Counted from the first letter of the stretch, positions 1 through 18,680 are shown. The stretch: DNA of 64,000 bases from the human T2T-CHM13v2.0 reference genome, Homo sapiens (GCF_009914755.1 NC_060939.1); one strand, 5' to 3'. Numbers and translations are program-made. The notes: generated by a model from the sequence alone, not told the origin.

Positions 1-1
1 T

Positions 2-133
<132 letters not shown>

Positions 134-207
134 TAATTTTTTAAAAAATTTTTGTAGAGATGAGGTCTCATTATGTTTCCCAGGCTGGTCTCAAACCCCT
201 GAGCTCA

Positions 208-309
<102 letters not shown>

Positions 310-2139
310 TTATATATATTTTCTATATAGTCTGACATAATGTACAGTGCAAACCAATGATTTTTTTATCCAAAAAGTTTGAATCCAAAAAGAAATATTT
401 GGAATTCAGAATTTGGGAGAGCTCTTTTCTTTCTTTTCTTTCCTTTTCTGTTTTCTCTCTTTCTCTCTTTTTTTTTAGACGGAGTTTTGCTCTTGTTGCC
501 CAGGCTGGGGTGCAATAGCTCCATCTCAGCTCACCGCAACCTCCACTTCCTGGGTTCAAGCGATTCTCCTGCCTAAGCCTCCTGAGTAGCTGGGATTACA
601 GGCGTGTGCCACCACCCCGGCTAATTTTGTATTTTTAGTAGAGACAGGGTTTCTCCATGTTGGTCAGGCTGGTCTTGAACTCCCGACCTCAGGTGATCTG
701 CCCGCCTCGGCCTCCCAAAGTGCTGGGATTACAGGGGTGAGCCACCGTGCCCGGCCAAGATTTTTCATATATTGTACATCTACCATAATACATTATGTAA
801 TATCTCCAGCAGGGTAACCAAATACCTTGCAATCATATACACCAATATTCCTGCAGTAAACTTATGAATAGGCACACTACACAGATAAGCATATTAAGTT
901 TATCAATATCCTCAGGTCACTTCAGGTCAGGTGTTACTGCCAAATGAATTTTAGTAACAACCTAATGAAAACTAAGCTCAGTTTTCAAAGTGTTTTGAAT
1001 TCTGGAATTAATTACAGAGCCAAGACTATGAAGATAAGTAACCCCCATTTGTATCTTCCTACTGTTTATTATAGACTTCCATTATTATTTATTAAATGAA
1101 TAAATAGTATCATCTCATTGTCTCAGTAAGTCATTTGAGAGCAGAAGCTAGGATTTTATTACTTTTAAATTCCTCTATCACCAGGCAAAGAATAAACACA
1201 TGTACATACTGATAGACCAAATCCATCTCAAGTGGACTTTCACTTAGAAACCTATTGTGAGTAAGTGGAATAAGCTGATGACATTAACTCCCTACCTACT
1301 TTCTATCTAAGCACATACTTACACAACACTTACTATGTTTCAGGCACTATCCTGAATACTTCATAGATATTAACTCATTAAAGCCTCCTAACAACCCTAT
1401 GTTGATGTGCTATTAATTAATATCTGTTTTTACAGATGTGGAAACTAAGAGATGGTTAAATAACCTGCTCAAGGCCACACAGTTAATAAATGGTAGACTT
1501 GAAATTCAAACCGGTTCTATATCCTTTTTTTTTTTTTTTTTTTTTAGAGACAGGGTCTCTCTCTTTCATCTGCCACCAAGGCGGGAGTGCAGTGGTGCAA
1601 TTATAGCTCACTCCAAGTCTGGAGTGCAGTGGTGCAAATACAGTCACTCCAAGGCTGGAGTGCAGTGGTGCAACAGAGCCTGACTATCCATGCTCAAGTG
1701 ATCCTCCCACCTCGGCTCCCAGAGTAACTGAGAAACGGGTGCATGACACCATGTCTGGGTAATTTTTATTATTTTTTATTTTTTTGTAGAGACAGGGTCT
1801 CCCTACATTGCCCAGGCTGGTCTTGAACTCCTGGGCTCAAGAGCTCTTCCCACCTTGGCCTCCCAAAGTGCTGGGAGACCTCATCTCTACAAAAAAAATT
1901 AAAAATTAGGTAGGCGTGGTGGCACACACCTGTTGTCTCAGCTATTCAGGGGTGCTGAGGTGGGAGGATTGCTGCAGCCCCGTGAAGACTGCAGTGAGCC
2001 AATAGGAGACCCTGTCTCAAAAAAATTGAAAAAAAAAAAAAAAAAAAGGGCATGAAAAAATCGCTAGGATTTCCAAAACAGATTTACTAACTACCAACCT
2101 AATCTTTCTACTGCCATTGGTAGTAGAACAGCTGTTCTG

Positions 2140-2700
2140 ATTTCCTGACTTCAAAGGGAGACCCATTAAACACCAAAATCTATACTTTTAACTTAAGATT
2201 TTCCTTACTCCATCCCCTTTTCTCTATCCTATGCTCTAGATTTAGGCCATATAACTTGGATAACTGCAACAGTCAAGCTTTGGTGTTCCTGTCTCTACCC
2301 ATGCTTCTCAAATTTAACCTCCACAAAGTATCCAGAACAACTTATCGACAATATGATTATGATGATCACACCACTCAACTGTTAAAAACCTTTCCATGGA
2401 CCCTCATATCATGATAAAGTCCATGTTCTTTTACAGAAGATATGGTCTACCCTTGTCCTGGCCCTTATCTGCCAATCTTTTGCTACTTCTTGACTCAGAA
2501 CTTATGCTTCAGAACCTTCACACTGCTTCTAACTCCTCACAAACACCATGATGTCTTTTGCATCAAGACCTTTCTCACGTAGTCCCCTTGTCAGGAGTGT
2601 ACTGGATAATATATAGACATTACTTAGGATCAGTTTAGGTGTCATCTTTTCTGGAAAGCCTTCCCTGACCACTGTCTCACATTGGTGCTCTTATAAAACC
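2140..2700. mobile_element. L2 LINE fragment
   Basis: gatcacaccactc...aaaaacctttccatgg, ggaaagccttccctgacc. Confidence 0.5.
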
Positions 2701-3139
2701 CTATGTCTGGCCAGGTGCTGTGGCTCTCGCCTGTTCTCAGCACTTTGGGAGGCGGAGGTGGACGGATCACTTGAGGTCAGGAGTTCAACACCAGCCTGGT
2801 CAACATGGTGAAACCCCGTCCCTACTAAAAATACAAAAATTAACCAGGTGTGGTGGTGTGCACCTGTAATCCCAGCTACTCAGGAGGCTGAGGGATGAGA
2901 ATCACTTGAACGCAGGAGGCAGAGGTTACAGTGAGCTGAGATAGCCCACTGCACTCCAGCCTGGGCAATAGAGCGAGACTTTGTTACAAAAAACAAACAA
3001 ACAGGCTGAGCACGGTGGCTCGTGCCTGTAATCCCAGCACTTTGGGAGGCCGAGGTGGGTGTATCACGAGGTCAGAAGATTGAGAACACCCTGGCCAACA
3101 TGGTGAAACCCCGTCTCTACTAAAAATACAAAAAAATTA

Positions 3140-3319
<180 letters not shown>

Positions 3320-3360
3320 TCATTTTGTTTTCCAACCTGTAACATATCTGTTAACAATGA

Positions 3361-3573
<213 letters not shown>

Positions 3574-4140
3574 TAGCCAGGATGGTCTCGATCTCTTGAC
3601 CTCGTGATCTGCCCGCCTCGGCCTTCCAAAGTGCTAGGATTACAGGCATGAACCATGGCGGCTGGCCTGTAATTAATTTTAACTAATGATTGATGATGAT
3701 GAGGGGATAATGATTAAGAAAGATGACAGTAAATCAGCTTTGTGAACATAAGATTAAGCAAAAGTTAGACAAAAGAATTTTCAGTCATCATCTTCATTAT
3801 GGTACTTAAACTCTGGTTCACGTGTTCAAAGAAAAAGCAATACACTATTTCCCATCTTTCATTTGTATGAAACCTTTAGAGGAAACCATTCACATCTCTC
3901 TGTGCTTTGAATAGTGCTTAGTATTATCATAGCCACTTCAATAAAACTTAATTAAATATTCCCACAATATACATAGTTCTACAAAGTTCTATTTTTTCTA
4001 TTATGACAATAACTAAGTAGGCTCTCCAAAACTGAAAGATAATTTTTTTTTTTGAGACAGGGTCTCACTCTGTCACCCAGGGTGCAGTGCAGTGGCGCAA
4101 TCACGTTTCACTTTAGCCTCGACCTCCTAGGCTTGAGTGA

Positions 4141-4743
<603 letters not shown>

Positions 4744-5248
4744 TGATCCTCCTACCTCAATCTCCCAGGTAGCTGGGACTACACATGCCACTACGCTCAG
4801 CTAATTTTTTGTATTTTTTTGTCAAACGAGGTGTCACCATGTTGCCCATCCTGATCTTGAACTTCTGGGCTCAAACAATCTGCCTGCCTCAGCCTCCCAG
4901 AGTGCTAGGATTACAGGCATGAGCCACCATGCCTAGCCTAAAATTTTATTTTAATAAGAACAGTTTTGGGAAAATTCTGGCAGTCTTAGCAAGCTAAAAG
5001 AACAATCATGTCAGAGGTTCTTTTGTTTCACTGTTTGAAAATGAACATTAAAACATTAAAATGAATATTATACATGTGGTACATACAAGTTATCCTCTGT
5101 ACTTTTCTCCATTTTTTAAAAATTTTAAAGACTTGAATTTCAAATATAAAGATCACCCAACGTGGTAATCTAATTTCAAAATGCAAGCAGCAAATTATAC
5201 TTCAAAAAATACTGTTCAGAAAAGTAAATCTGAAGAACTACGCCTTAC

Positions 5249-5417
5249 CATTGTGCACATAAGTGAGTCTCCTTTCTTCTCTGGTTACGATGTTAGATAT
5301 CCAAATATCGTTGCTATGTATAAAAGCAATCCAGTCTGGATCAGCAGGGCATAATTTTGGATCCATCCGTATGTTGGGACAACTAGTTTCCACTAGATTG
5401 GGCCTTAAAGGTTGTTG
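5249..5417 (-). CDS. DPP8: DPP8 coding exon (QQPLRPNLVETSCPNIRMDPKLCPADPDWIAFIHSNDIWISNIVTREERRLTYVHN-), beta-propeller region; gene continues beyond left edge
   Basis: 169 nt, ttttctag acceptor and gtaagg donor, phase 0 in / phase 1 out; translation matches recalled human DPP8 and continues the frame of the upstream exon. Confidence 0.96.
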
Positions 5418-5517
5418 CTAGAAAAGTAAACAACATTTTAAGGTAAGTATTAGGCTGACACATACATGTTCCAGCACCCTTCCTATAAGATGAACAATAT
5501 TTCTAGGTAAAATGTCA

Positions 5518-5860
<343 letters not shown>

Positions 5861-6274
5861 CTATTGCCTTAACTTACCAGAAAGGAATTTTTTTTAACTT
5901 CAAATGAAAAAGCTAAGGGTAACAGGAGAGGACATAAAGGACATAAAGACAATAAAACACTACTTCATAAATTTTGTTGCCCAACCTGTTTAAGAGAGTA
6001 ATTACTGTTCATTAAACATTGTTATTAAACACTTATTCACTCAATATTTTATTAAATATTTTAAAATTATTTTTACCAATATAAAATAGTTTGCTCATAA
6101 AAATGTAATAGAAGCCAGGATCATCACAATTCTCAAAAGAAGAGTTCCTAAAGCTCATAATCAATTGCCTAGGATAAAACCAAACATAAGCCACTTGAGA
6201 GGCTAAGGCAAGAGGATCACTTGAGCCTAAAGTCCAAGACAAGCTGGGGCAATCTAGTGGGACCCTCACCTCTA

Positions 6275-6511
<237 letters not shown>

Positions 6512-7652
6512 TTATTAAGATGAATTAGCTTTCAAGGGAAACAAAAAATTGTCTTTTGATAATGATCTTCCAAAACCTCCCTCAGTGCTTACACAGGAAG
6601 TGGGAATTGATGCCCGTTACCTTTCCTTTTTTTTTCTCTCTCTCTCTTAGTCTCACTCTGTCGCCCAGGGTGGAGGACAGTAGAGCGATCTCAGCTCACT
6701 GCAACCTCCATCCAACTCCCAGATTCAAGCAATTCTCGTGCTTCAGCCTCCCGAGTAGCTAGGACTACAGGTGCGCCTGCCTAATTTTTGTGTTTTTAGT
6801 AGAGACAGGGTTTCACCATGTTGGCCAGGCTGATCTCAAACTCCTGATCTCAAGTGATCTGCCCGCCTCAGCCTCCCAAAGTGCTGGGATTACAGGTGTG
6901 AGCCACCATGCATGGCCTACTCTATCTTTCTATACAGCAAGTATTTTTACCACTTTAAAATTTGTATGTTTTTTTTTAAGACAGGGACTTGCTCTGTCAT
7001 CCACGCTAAAGTGCAGCAGCACAATCTCGGTGCACTACAACCTCCGCCTCCCAGGCTCAAATGATCCTCCCACCTCAGCTTCCTGAGTAGCTGGGACTAC
7101 AGGCGCATGCTACCTTGCCTGGCTAATTTTTGCATTTTTTGTAGAGATGGGGTTTCGCCATGTTTCCCCACGCTGGTCTGGAACTCCTAGGCTCAAATGA
7201 TCTGCCCACATGGGCCTCCCAAAGTGCTGGAATTATGGGTGTGAGCCACCACGTCTGACCTAAAAATGGTATCTTAATGTAACTAGAAAGATTATTAACT
7301 CTTTTGTTTTGAGATAAGGTTTTGGTCTGTCATCTAGGCTGGACTGCAGTGGCACAATCACAGTTCACTGCAGCTTGACCTCCAGGTTCAAGTGATCCTC
7401 CCACCTCAGACTCCTGAGTATCTGGGATTAAAGGTGTGCACCACCATGCCCAGCTAAGTTTTTTTAAATTTTTTTTTGTAGAGACAGGGTCTCTCTCTGT
7501 TGCCTGAGCTGGTAAAAAAATTATCTCCTAAGGCTGGGCGCGGTGGCTCATGTCTGTAATCCTAGCACTTTGGGAGGCCGAGATGGGCAGATAACCTGAG
7601 GTCAGGAGTTCAAGACCAGCCTGACCAACATGGAGATACCCCATCGCTACTA

Positions 7653-7811
<159 letters not shown>

Positions 7812-7985
7812 TCAAAAAAAAAAAAAATCGCTCTTAAAATTGGAAACCAATCTCCATGTTTCTTGTTTTCATTGCTATTAAATTTCTTTGTTGGTAGGTA
7901 AACTGAAGTTGCTGGTTTGTTTATTAATTACCTTTCTGCTTTGGGTACAAATAACCTTTTGGACCCAAACCAGATTTAATCACTA

Positions 7986-8174
<189 letters not shown>

Positions 8175-8183
8175 CTAATGTGA

Positions 8184-8477
<294 letters not shown>

Positions 8478-8789
8478 TAGCCAGGATGGTCTCCATCTCC
8501 TGACCTCGTGATCCGCCTGCCTCGGCCTCCCAAAGTGCTGGGATTACAGGCGTGAGACACCGCGCCTGGCGACTCTACATTTTTTTTTTCAGCCTTCTAA
8601 TTCACTGAGCACAGTCTGCAGGTTAAGTGACCCCAAAATTTGCTGGCAACTTTAAGCAGATTAATTTTAGGAAGTCTGCTGAAAGATTTCCTAGTAAAGA
8701 GTCTTTAGATGATTACTGTATACATTAGAGAACAAGAATAAAGTCCAATCATGTTAGCATTCAAGACTTTCTACAACTTAACTATAATT

Positions 8790-9040
8790 TAGTAGCCAGC
8801 ATGCAATTAAGAGCACAGACTTCTAAGTCAAGTGGTTTGAATCCAAGCTTTGACCCTTCACTAGAAGTCTAACCTTGAGAAAGTAGCTTAATTTATTCAA
8901 AAGTAATTTTCTTCATTTTCAAAATAGTAATAAATCATCTATATCAGCTTTGTGAAGATTAATTTAGATAAAATATGTACAATGTTTAGCACAATGACTG
9001 ACACAGAGTAAGCTCTCAAATTTGTCAGCTGTTATTAAAA
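8790..9040. mobile_element. MIR SINE (other MIR pieces near 1310-1515, 25480-25620, 42090-42270, 59330-59450, 62500-62660)
   Basis: ttgtgaagattaa...ttagcacaatgactgacacagagtaagctctcaaa core. Confidence 0.55.
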
Positions 9041-9965
9041 CCTTTCCACTACACTAGCAATACTCCTCTTAATAAAACCTTAGAGGTCAAGCTGGTCACA
9101 TCACTGATCTGAATAAAACTCAATGAGTGGTTTTCTGTCTCCTGGTCTTTGTCTGTTCTACCCCTCTTCCCTGGACTCTTGGAAGAATGTTTTTCTTTCT
9201 ACCTATCCCAGTTTACTTATACCCCAAAACCTTGCTTGAATTCTCAGCTAGCAAAGTTTTCCAATTCACTATTTCACAGTGATTTCTTTCTTTCTTTCTT
9301 TGAGACAAAACTCTCACTCTGTTGCCCAGGCTGGAGTGCCGTGGCGTGATCTCAGCTCACTACAACCTCTGCCTCCTGGATTCAGGTGATTCTCGTGCCT
9401 CAGCCTCCTGAGTAGGTGGGATTACACACTTGTGCCACCACGCCCAGCTAATATTTTGCATTTTTAGTAGAAATGGAGTTTCGCCATGTTGGCCAGGCTG
9501 GTCTCAAACTCCTGGCCTCAAGTGATCTGCCCACCTCCGCCTCCCAGCATTGGGATTACAGGTGTGAGCCACCAAGCCTGGCCCTCATGAAAGAAGTGAT
9601 TTCTTTCATTTATGTCCTAAATTATTTATAGGAGTTACTGTCTGTTACTTATTTAACTATGGTATTGTTTTTCACTTTTTCAGGATATTTGCTAAATGGA
9701 AAAAAAAAAAAACTTCAGAGCAGAATCTCTGTGGTTTTCTTTTCCTACTTAAAACATATTTGTTATAATGTCTCTCAAAGAAAGTTTGTGGCTGGGCGTG
9801 GTGGCTCATGCCTGTAATCCCAGTACTTTAGGAGGTCAAGGCAGGTGGATCACCCGTGGTCAGGAGTTCAAATCCAGCCTGGCCAACACAGTGAAACCTC
9901 GCCTCTACTAAAAATACAAAAATTAGCCGAGCATGCTGGTGCGCATCTGTAGTCCCGGCTACTCA

Positions 9966-10112
<147 letters not shown>

Positions 10113-10134
10113 TTAAAATGTTATTTAAAAAATA

Positions 10135-10250
10135 GGCTGACCCAATAGTAGTGGGTTATCGGAACTTATTAACATTAGTGTCACTAAAGTTGGTATACAA
10201 CCCCTAACTGCTACATTTGACTGACATTAAAATAAAAAAAGAAAACAAAA
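10135..10250 (+). pseudogene. Y4 RNA (RNY4-like) processed pseudogene with A-rich tail
   Basis: ggctgacccaatagtagtgggttatcggaacttattaacattagtgtcactaaagttggtatacaacccc...tttgactgac matches recalled hY4; A tail; short aaaaata direct repeats; antisense in a DPP8 intron. Confidence 0.92.
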
Positions 10251-10495
10251 ATACTGAGTAGTAAATTTAACCAAAGAAGAGCAAGACGTGTATATGGGAA
10301 ACTGTAAAACACTGTTCAAAGAAAGTAAAGATCTAAATAAATAGAAAGACATCACGTATGCATGGATTGGAAGACAGAGTAAATGCGTATCAAAATTCCA
10401 AATGCCTTTTTTCCAGATATAGACAAGCTGACCCTAGTAATATTCATACAGAATTGCAAGAGACACAGAATACCCAAAACAATCTTGAAACACCA
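10245..10495 (+). mobile_element. Old L1 (L1M) ORF2 fragment
   Basis: aaatttaaccaaagaag...ctaaataaatagaaagacatc...catggattggaaga. Confidence 0.7.
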
Positions 10496-10553
10496 TTAAT
10501 TATTATTATTATTTTTTTTGAGATGGAGCCTTGCTCTGCTGCCCAGGCTGTAG

Positions 10554-10664
<111 letters not shown>

Positions 10665-10880
10665 TAATTTTGTATTTTTAGTAGAGACAGGGTTTCTCCA
10701 TGTTGATGAGGCTGGTCTCAAACTCCTGATCTCAGGTGATCCACCAGCCTCAGCCTCCCAAAGTGCTGGGATTACAGGCGTGAGCCACCATGCCCAGCCT
10801 GAAGTATTTCTTTATTGTTGATTACTTTTTTCTTTCTTTTCTTTTTTTTTTTGAGACAGAGTCTCCCTTGGTCACCCTAG

Positions 10881-11197
<317 letters not shown>

Positions 11198-11443
11198 TAG
11201 TAGAGATGGGGTTTCACCATGTTGGCCAGAGTGGTCTTGAACTCCTGACTTCAAGTGATCCACCCGCCTCAGCCTCCCAAAGTGCTGAGATTACAGGCAT
11301 AAGCGACCGCACCTGGCCTTTTCTGTATTTTTTTTAGTAGAGATGAGGTTTCACCATGTTGGTCAGGCTGGTCTCGAACTCCTGGCCTCAAGTGATCCAC
11401 CCTCCTTGGCTTCCCAAAGTGCTGTGATTACAGGCATCAGCTA

Positions 11444-11843
<400 letters not shown>

Positions 11844-11917
11844 TTACAAGGTCAAGAGATTGAGACCATCCTGGCCAACATGGTGAAACCCTGTCTCTAC
11901 TAAAAATACAAAAATTA

Positions 11918-12228
<311 letters not shown>

Positions 12229-12562
12229 TTAGCTGGCAATGGTGCCATATGCCTGTAGTCCCAGCTACTCAGGAGGCTGAGGCAGGATTGCCTGAGCTCA
12301 GGAAGTTAAAGCTGCAGTGAGCTGTGATCACACACCACTGTATTCCAACTTGGGTGACAGAGTGAGATGCTGTCTCAATTAAAAAAAGAATTTGTATACT
12401 TTAGAGATACATACTGATATATTTCAGGAATGACATATCTGGTATCTTCTTTAAAACTGTCTGAGCAGGGCCGGGCGCGGTGGCTCACACCTGTAATCCC
12501 AGCACTTTGGGAGGCCGAGGCAGGCGGATCACGAGGTCAGGAGATTGAGACTATCCTGCCTA

Positions 12563-12829
<267 letters not shown>

Positions 12830-13081
12830 CTAAGATTTAATCCTTGTTGAAAATATTTCACGTTATTCCACTTTTGTATGCTTTAAAAATTTCCATTATA
12901 AAAGTTTAAAACAGTTTTGCCAATTTTTCTGAGAAAATTATCGTTATTTCAGTTAAAGACACTGGTCTCAGAATAAGAAATTTTTTGTTTTAAAGAAAAG
13001 TCACATGCCTATGTAAAGGGCAATGTTCATGACAAATAGTTGGAGTGAAAATGATTAGTTGTGGCCAGGTGCAGTGGCTCA

Positions 13082-13369
<288 letters not shown>

Positions 13370-13563
13370 TTATAAAAGTTTTTTTTTTTTAATTTCTATG
13401 AGAAACAGCACATTCATGTTATTCAATTAAGAAATACTCGGCCAAGGCCGGTGCGGTGGCTCACACCTGTAATCCCAGCACTTTGGGAGGCCGAGGCAGG
13501 CAGATCACGAGGTCAGGAGATCGAGACCATCCTGGCTAACACGGTGAAACTGTGGCTCTACTA

Positions 13564-13722
<159 letters not shown>

Positions 13723-13987
13723 TCAAAAAAAAATGATAATAATAAATAAATAAATACTCACTGTAAAAATAATAATGAGAACCAAAGAAGCAAACGATTG
13801 TACCGAAACATTATCTTTGGGATATTTTCAACAATTTACTTTCTTATCTAAAGATAAAATCGGCCAGGTGAGGTGGCTCACGCCTGTAATCTCAGCACTG
13901 TGGGAAGCCGAGGCAGGCAGATTGCTTGAACCCAGAAGTTTGAGAGTTTGAGACCAACCCGGACAACATAGCAAGACCCCATCTTAT

Positions 13988-14162
13988 TAAACATATATAT
14001 ATGTAAACATATATACATATAAACATATACATAACATATATAAATATATATAAACATATAAACATATGTGCACTGAAATCCTGGAATCTGTTTATATATT
14101 ATACATATATAAACATATATATGTTTAAAAACTATTATATATATATGTTAAATAGTTTTTAA
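13988..14162. repeat. AT-rich (AT/ACAT) low-complexity repeat with inverted symmetry
   Basis: Repeated aaacatatat units; taaaaactatt...aatagttttta inverted repeat. Confidence 0.8.
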
Positions 14163-14638
14163 TAAGAAAAAATAAAGATAAAATATTGGGGGAAATAAAA
14201 CCCCAACCTTTGATTTTACATAAATGGAATTATACTATTCAGAAGGTAAAACTGAACTTTGTACCTTTATTTTAGTGCTGTTACTGAGCTTTAGAAATAC
14301 AAAATCAATTAAAATATATAAATAAGCCTTTCTGGAAATATTTATCAGTTCTTTTCTGTGAACAACTCCTTTAAAAAATGTGAGAACTACGTAAGTACAA
14401 AGTTTATGAAGGGAAATGCAGTTAAACAGGGAGAAAGCAGTTTAAAAAATTGAATTTTATTATCTCAGTTTCAGATATCAAGAATTAAATGGAATTTCAG
14501 GGTCATACATGCAAAAACATAAAAACATCTTAATTTTTTTTATTTACATCTACTTCAAATATAAAATCCCAACCTCTAAATAAATGCAGTATCTGAATAC
14601 ATACACCAAATCATAGGAATAACAACATTTAATCCTAC

Positions 14639-14751
14639 CTGAAAAAGATCCAAAAGAGGCTTCCAAGAGAGCATTAAGACTGCTGCTCTATTGATAGTTT
14701 TGGGAATTTCAGAATAAAACAGTGTATTTTCTCTGTTCTCACCAGACATGG
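14639..14751 (-). CDS. DPP8: DPP8 coding exon (-AMSGENRENTLFYSEIPKTINRAAVLMLSWKPLLDLFQ)
   Basis: 113 nt, ctcctatag acceptor, gtagga donor, phase 1 in / 0 out; seen in ORF 14576..14767. Confidence 0.96.
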
Positions 14752-15472
14752 CTATAGGAGAAAGCAATCATTTATTATTATTTTTTCGAATAGCATTCTT
14801 ACTACAGTCACAGTTGCAAGTACATAATGCCTTCTATACACTGCAATATTTTGCACTCTATGGGATATATAATGAATGTTAACAAGTAGAATGTGCTTAT
14901 GCCATATGCCATAAAAATTTTCAATAAAACCAAGGCTAGCCTGGCACAGTACACATGCCTATAATCCCAGCTACTTGGGAGGCTACAGTGGGAGGATCAC
15001 TTGAACCTAGGAATTCAAGACCAGCCTAGGTAACATAGCAAGATCCCAACTTAAAAAAAAAAAAAAAAAAAAGAAATCTGAGGCTTTAAAGAAAAATGCT
15101 CAGGTTTCATTTTGGTATTCAGATCTTAGTCCCTCTCAAAATAAATATAAAAGTATGTAAGTTGCTGTGTAGAGAAAAGTACCATTTTCAGAATTTTTTG
15201 AAAATTGTGAGTCCTTTACAAGTTGGCAACAGGCTCATGAGATTCCAATATAACAACTTCAGATTACTGTTTCTGAAACATTTAAAGTGCTTAATTGGAA
15301 ACACATAGATCTAACTGAATTCTAGTTTTTATTCATTATAAAAGTTCTGTAGGCTGGGCGTGGTGGCTCATGCTTGTAGTCCCAGCACTTTGGGAGCCCG
15401 AGGCAGGCAGATCATTTGAGATCAGGAGTTTGATACCAGCCTGGCCAACATGATGAAACCTTGTCTGTACTA

Positions 15473-15700
<228 letters not shown>

Positions 15701-16087
15701 CTAATATTAAAACAATACAGAATCTGGCAACTGATCTGCTGAAAATCTCTTTGTCCTTTATTGGGGAAGGGCAAAGGAAAAAGGTCTAAATTAAGTAGAA
15801 GCCAAATCTCTTCTGCAAAATCATGTGATAACTGGATGGGAAGGTCACAGCAGTGTAGAGTGAGTTACATATAAAAGATTGACAGAAACACACTATGGTT
15901 ATGAAGATATGAACCAAAGAAAACATAAGGTAAAACAAAGCCTTTCTATTCTAAAAAGGTATTACTGGCCGGCCGAGGTGGCTCACACCTGTAATCCCAG
16001 CACTTTGGGAGGCTGAGGTGGGCGGATTACCTGAGGTCAGGAGCTCGAGACCAGCCTGACCAACATGGAGAAACCCTGCCTCTACTA

Positions 16088-16246
<159 letters not shown>

Positions 16247-16950
16247 TCAAAAAAAAAAAGGGGTATTGCTTCCAAAAAGCTGGAGGAGTGAAGGAAGGAA
16301 AACATAAATCACACAAAAATAACAAGAAATCTCCTGGGTGAAAGAGATCCTCAACCTATGTTTCTGAATTATTAATGCCAGCAGAAGGTAGCCTCGGGAA
16401 AGGTATTTATGATAACTCCCATGATAACCCTTGCAAATGTTGAGGATAAGCCCCCAAATAACCATATCTTTTTTTATCCTCTTATTTTTCTAATTAGTTT
16501 ATGTTGCCTTTGGAGTAAAAAGTTATATATCAGCTGACATTTACTTCAGCACTCAATTTTGTGTAAAATCTACTTTGTAGATTCCCAAGTTGCTTTGCTA
16601 TAGAATTCTTAAGACTGTGGTCACCTATCAATACCATTCACAATTTTACAAAATGTGATCCTTCTAAGAGCCTTCAGTCTTCAAATATTAAAACAAAAAG
16701 ACAAAACTGGTTTTCTTCTCTCCTCAGTAACAGCCATTCCCCCACAATCATTTCAGTTGCCCCTCCCTATATGCTCCTAGTTCCATAATGTCTGCCTTGG
16801 CTTTATCCATGACCAGTAAAAATTTCCCCAGCACATTCTATGTTCTGACATAAGCACAAATGGGCTTTTCTCATTCTTTCCTAATGGTATTTATTGGTCT
16901 TTAGAGCTACAGCAGTCATTTTGGGCCCATGTCTTCAGGCAACAGTATCA

Positions 16951-17415
<465 letters not shown>

Positions 17416-17901
17416 TCAAAAAAAACAAAAAACAAAAAAGGCCAGGTGCAGTGGCTCACGCCTGTAATCCTAGCTGAGGCAGGCAGATTGCTGGAGCTCA
17501 GGAGTTCCAGATCAGCCTGGACAACATGGCGAAACCCGTCTCTACAAAAAAAAATACACAAATTAGCTGGGCATGGTGGCACACGCCTGTAGGCCCAGCC
17601 ACTTGGGGGATTGAGGCGGGAGGATCACTTCAGCCTGGGAGGTCAAGGATGCAGTGAACCAAGATCATGCCACTGTACTCCAGCCTAGAAGACTGAGACC
17701 CCGTCTCAAAAAATAATAATAATTAATAATTAATTTAAAAAATAAGCAAACTTGGGACAATCCCACAAAGGATTAATTCACTTACTATATAAAAGGCTTC
17801 AAATCATTAAGAAAAAGAAACCCTCTTCAGGGGTTGGGTGGAAAAAGAACTTTAAAAAATAAAAAAGAAACCCAAACCAATTAAAAAACCAAAGATTATA
17901 G

Positions 17902-18141
<240 letters not shown>

Positions 18142-18234
18142 TGAGGCTGGTCTCAAACTCCTGACCTCAAGTGATCCGCCAGCCATAGCCTCCCAAAGTG
18201 CTGGGAATACAGGTGTGTGCCACTGCGCCCAGCC

Positions 18235-18680
18235 ACAAACGGCTTTTTAAGCATGTGAAATGATGCTCAACCTCACTCATAAGAGAAATAAAATAAAAAC
18301 AATGAGAAACTGCTGTTCGCTAATCTGACTGGGAAAGATCAAAAAGTTTAATTACTCACTACTGGTGTATGCATGGAGAAATAGATAATCGGAGATAATG
18401 TCATGGTAGTATACACTCTATAACCTCTTTGAAAGGGGAGTTCAGTAATATCAATCAAAATTCAAAATATATATACCCTTTTTCCAAGTACTTCCACTCT
18501 TAGGAATTAGTTCTACAGATATATTCATACATGTGCAAAATGATCTAATACAGTGATATTCACTTCCTCATCTTTTGTAACAACAGATTAGAAAAACCTA
18601 AATGCCATTACTGGAGGTCTGGTTAAGTAAAATATGGCACAATTATATAATGGAATATTCTGAGTTGTTAAAAAAGAAAG
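18235..18680 (+). mobile_element. Old L1 (L1ME-like) 3' fragment
   Basis: gatgctcaacctcactcataagagaaat...ccactcttaggaat...tataatggaatatt. Confidence 0.6.

Noticed and set aside
1576-1674. CRISPR-like repeat-spacer pattern
   Set aside because: Eukaryotic context; units are contiguous Alu sequence without unique spacers
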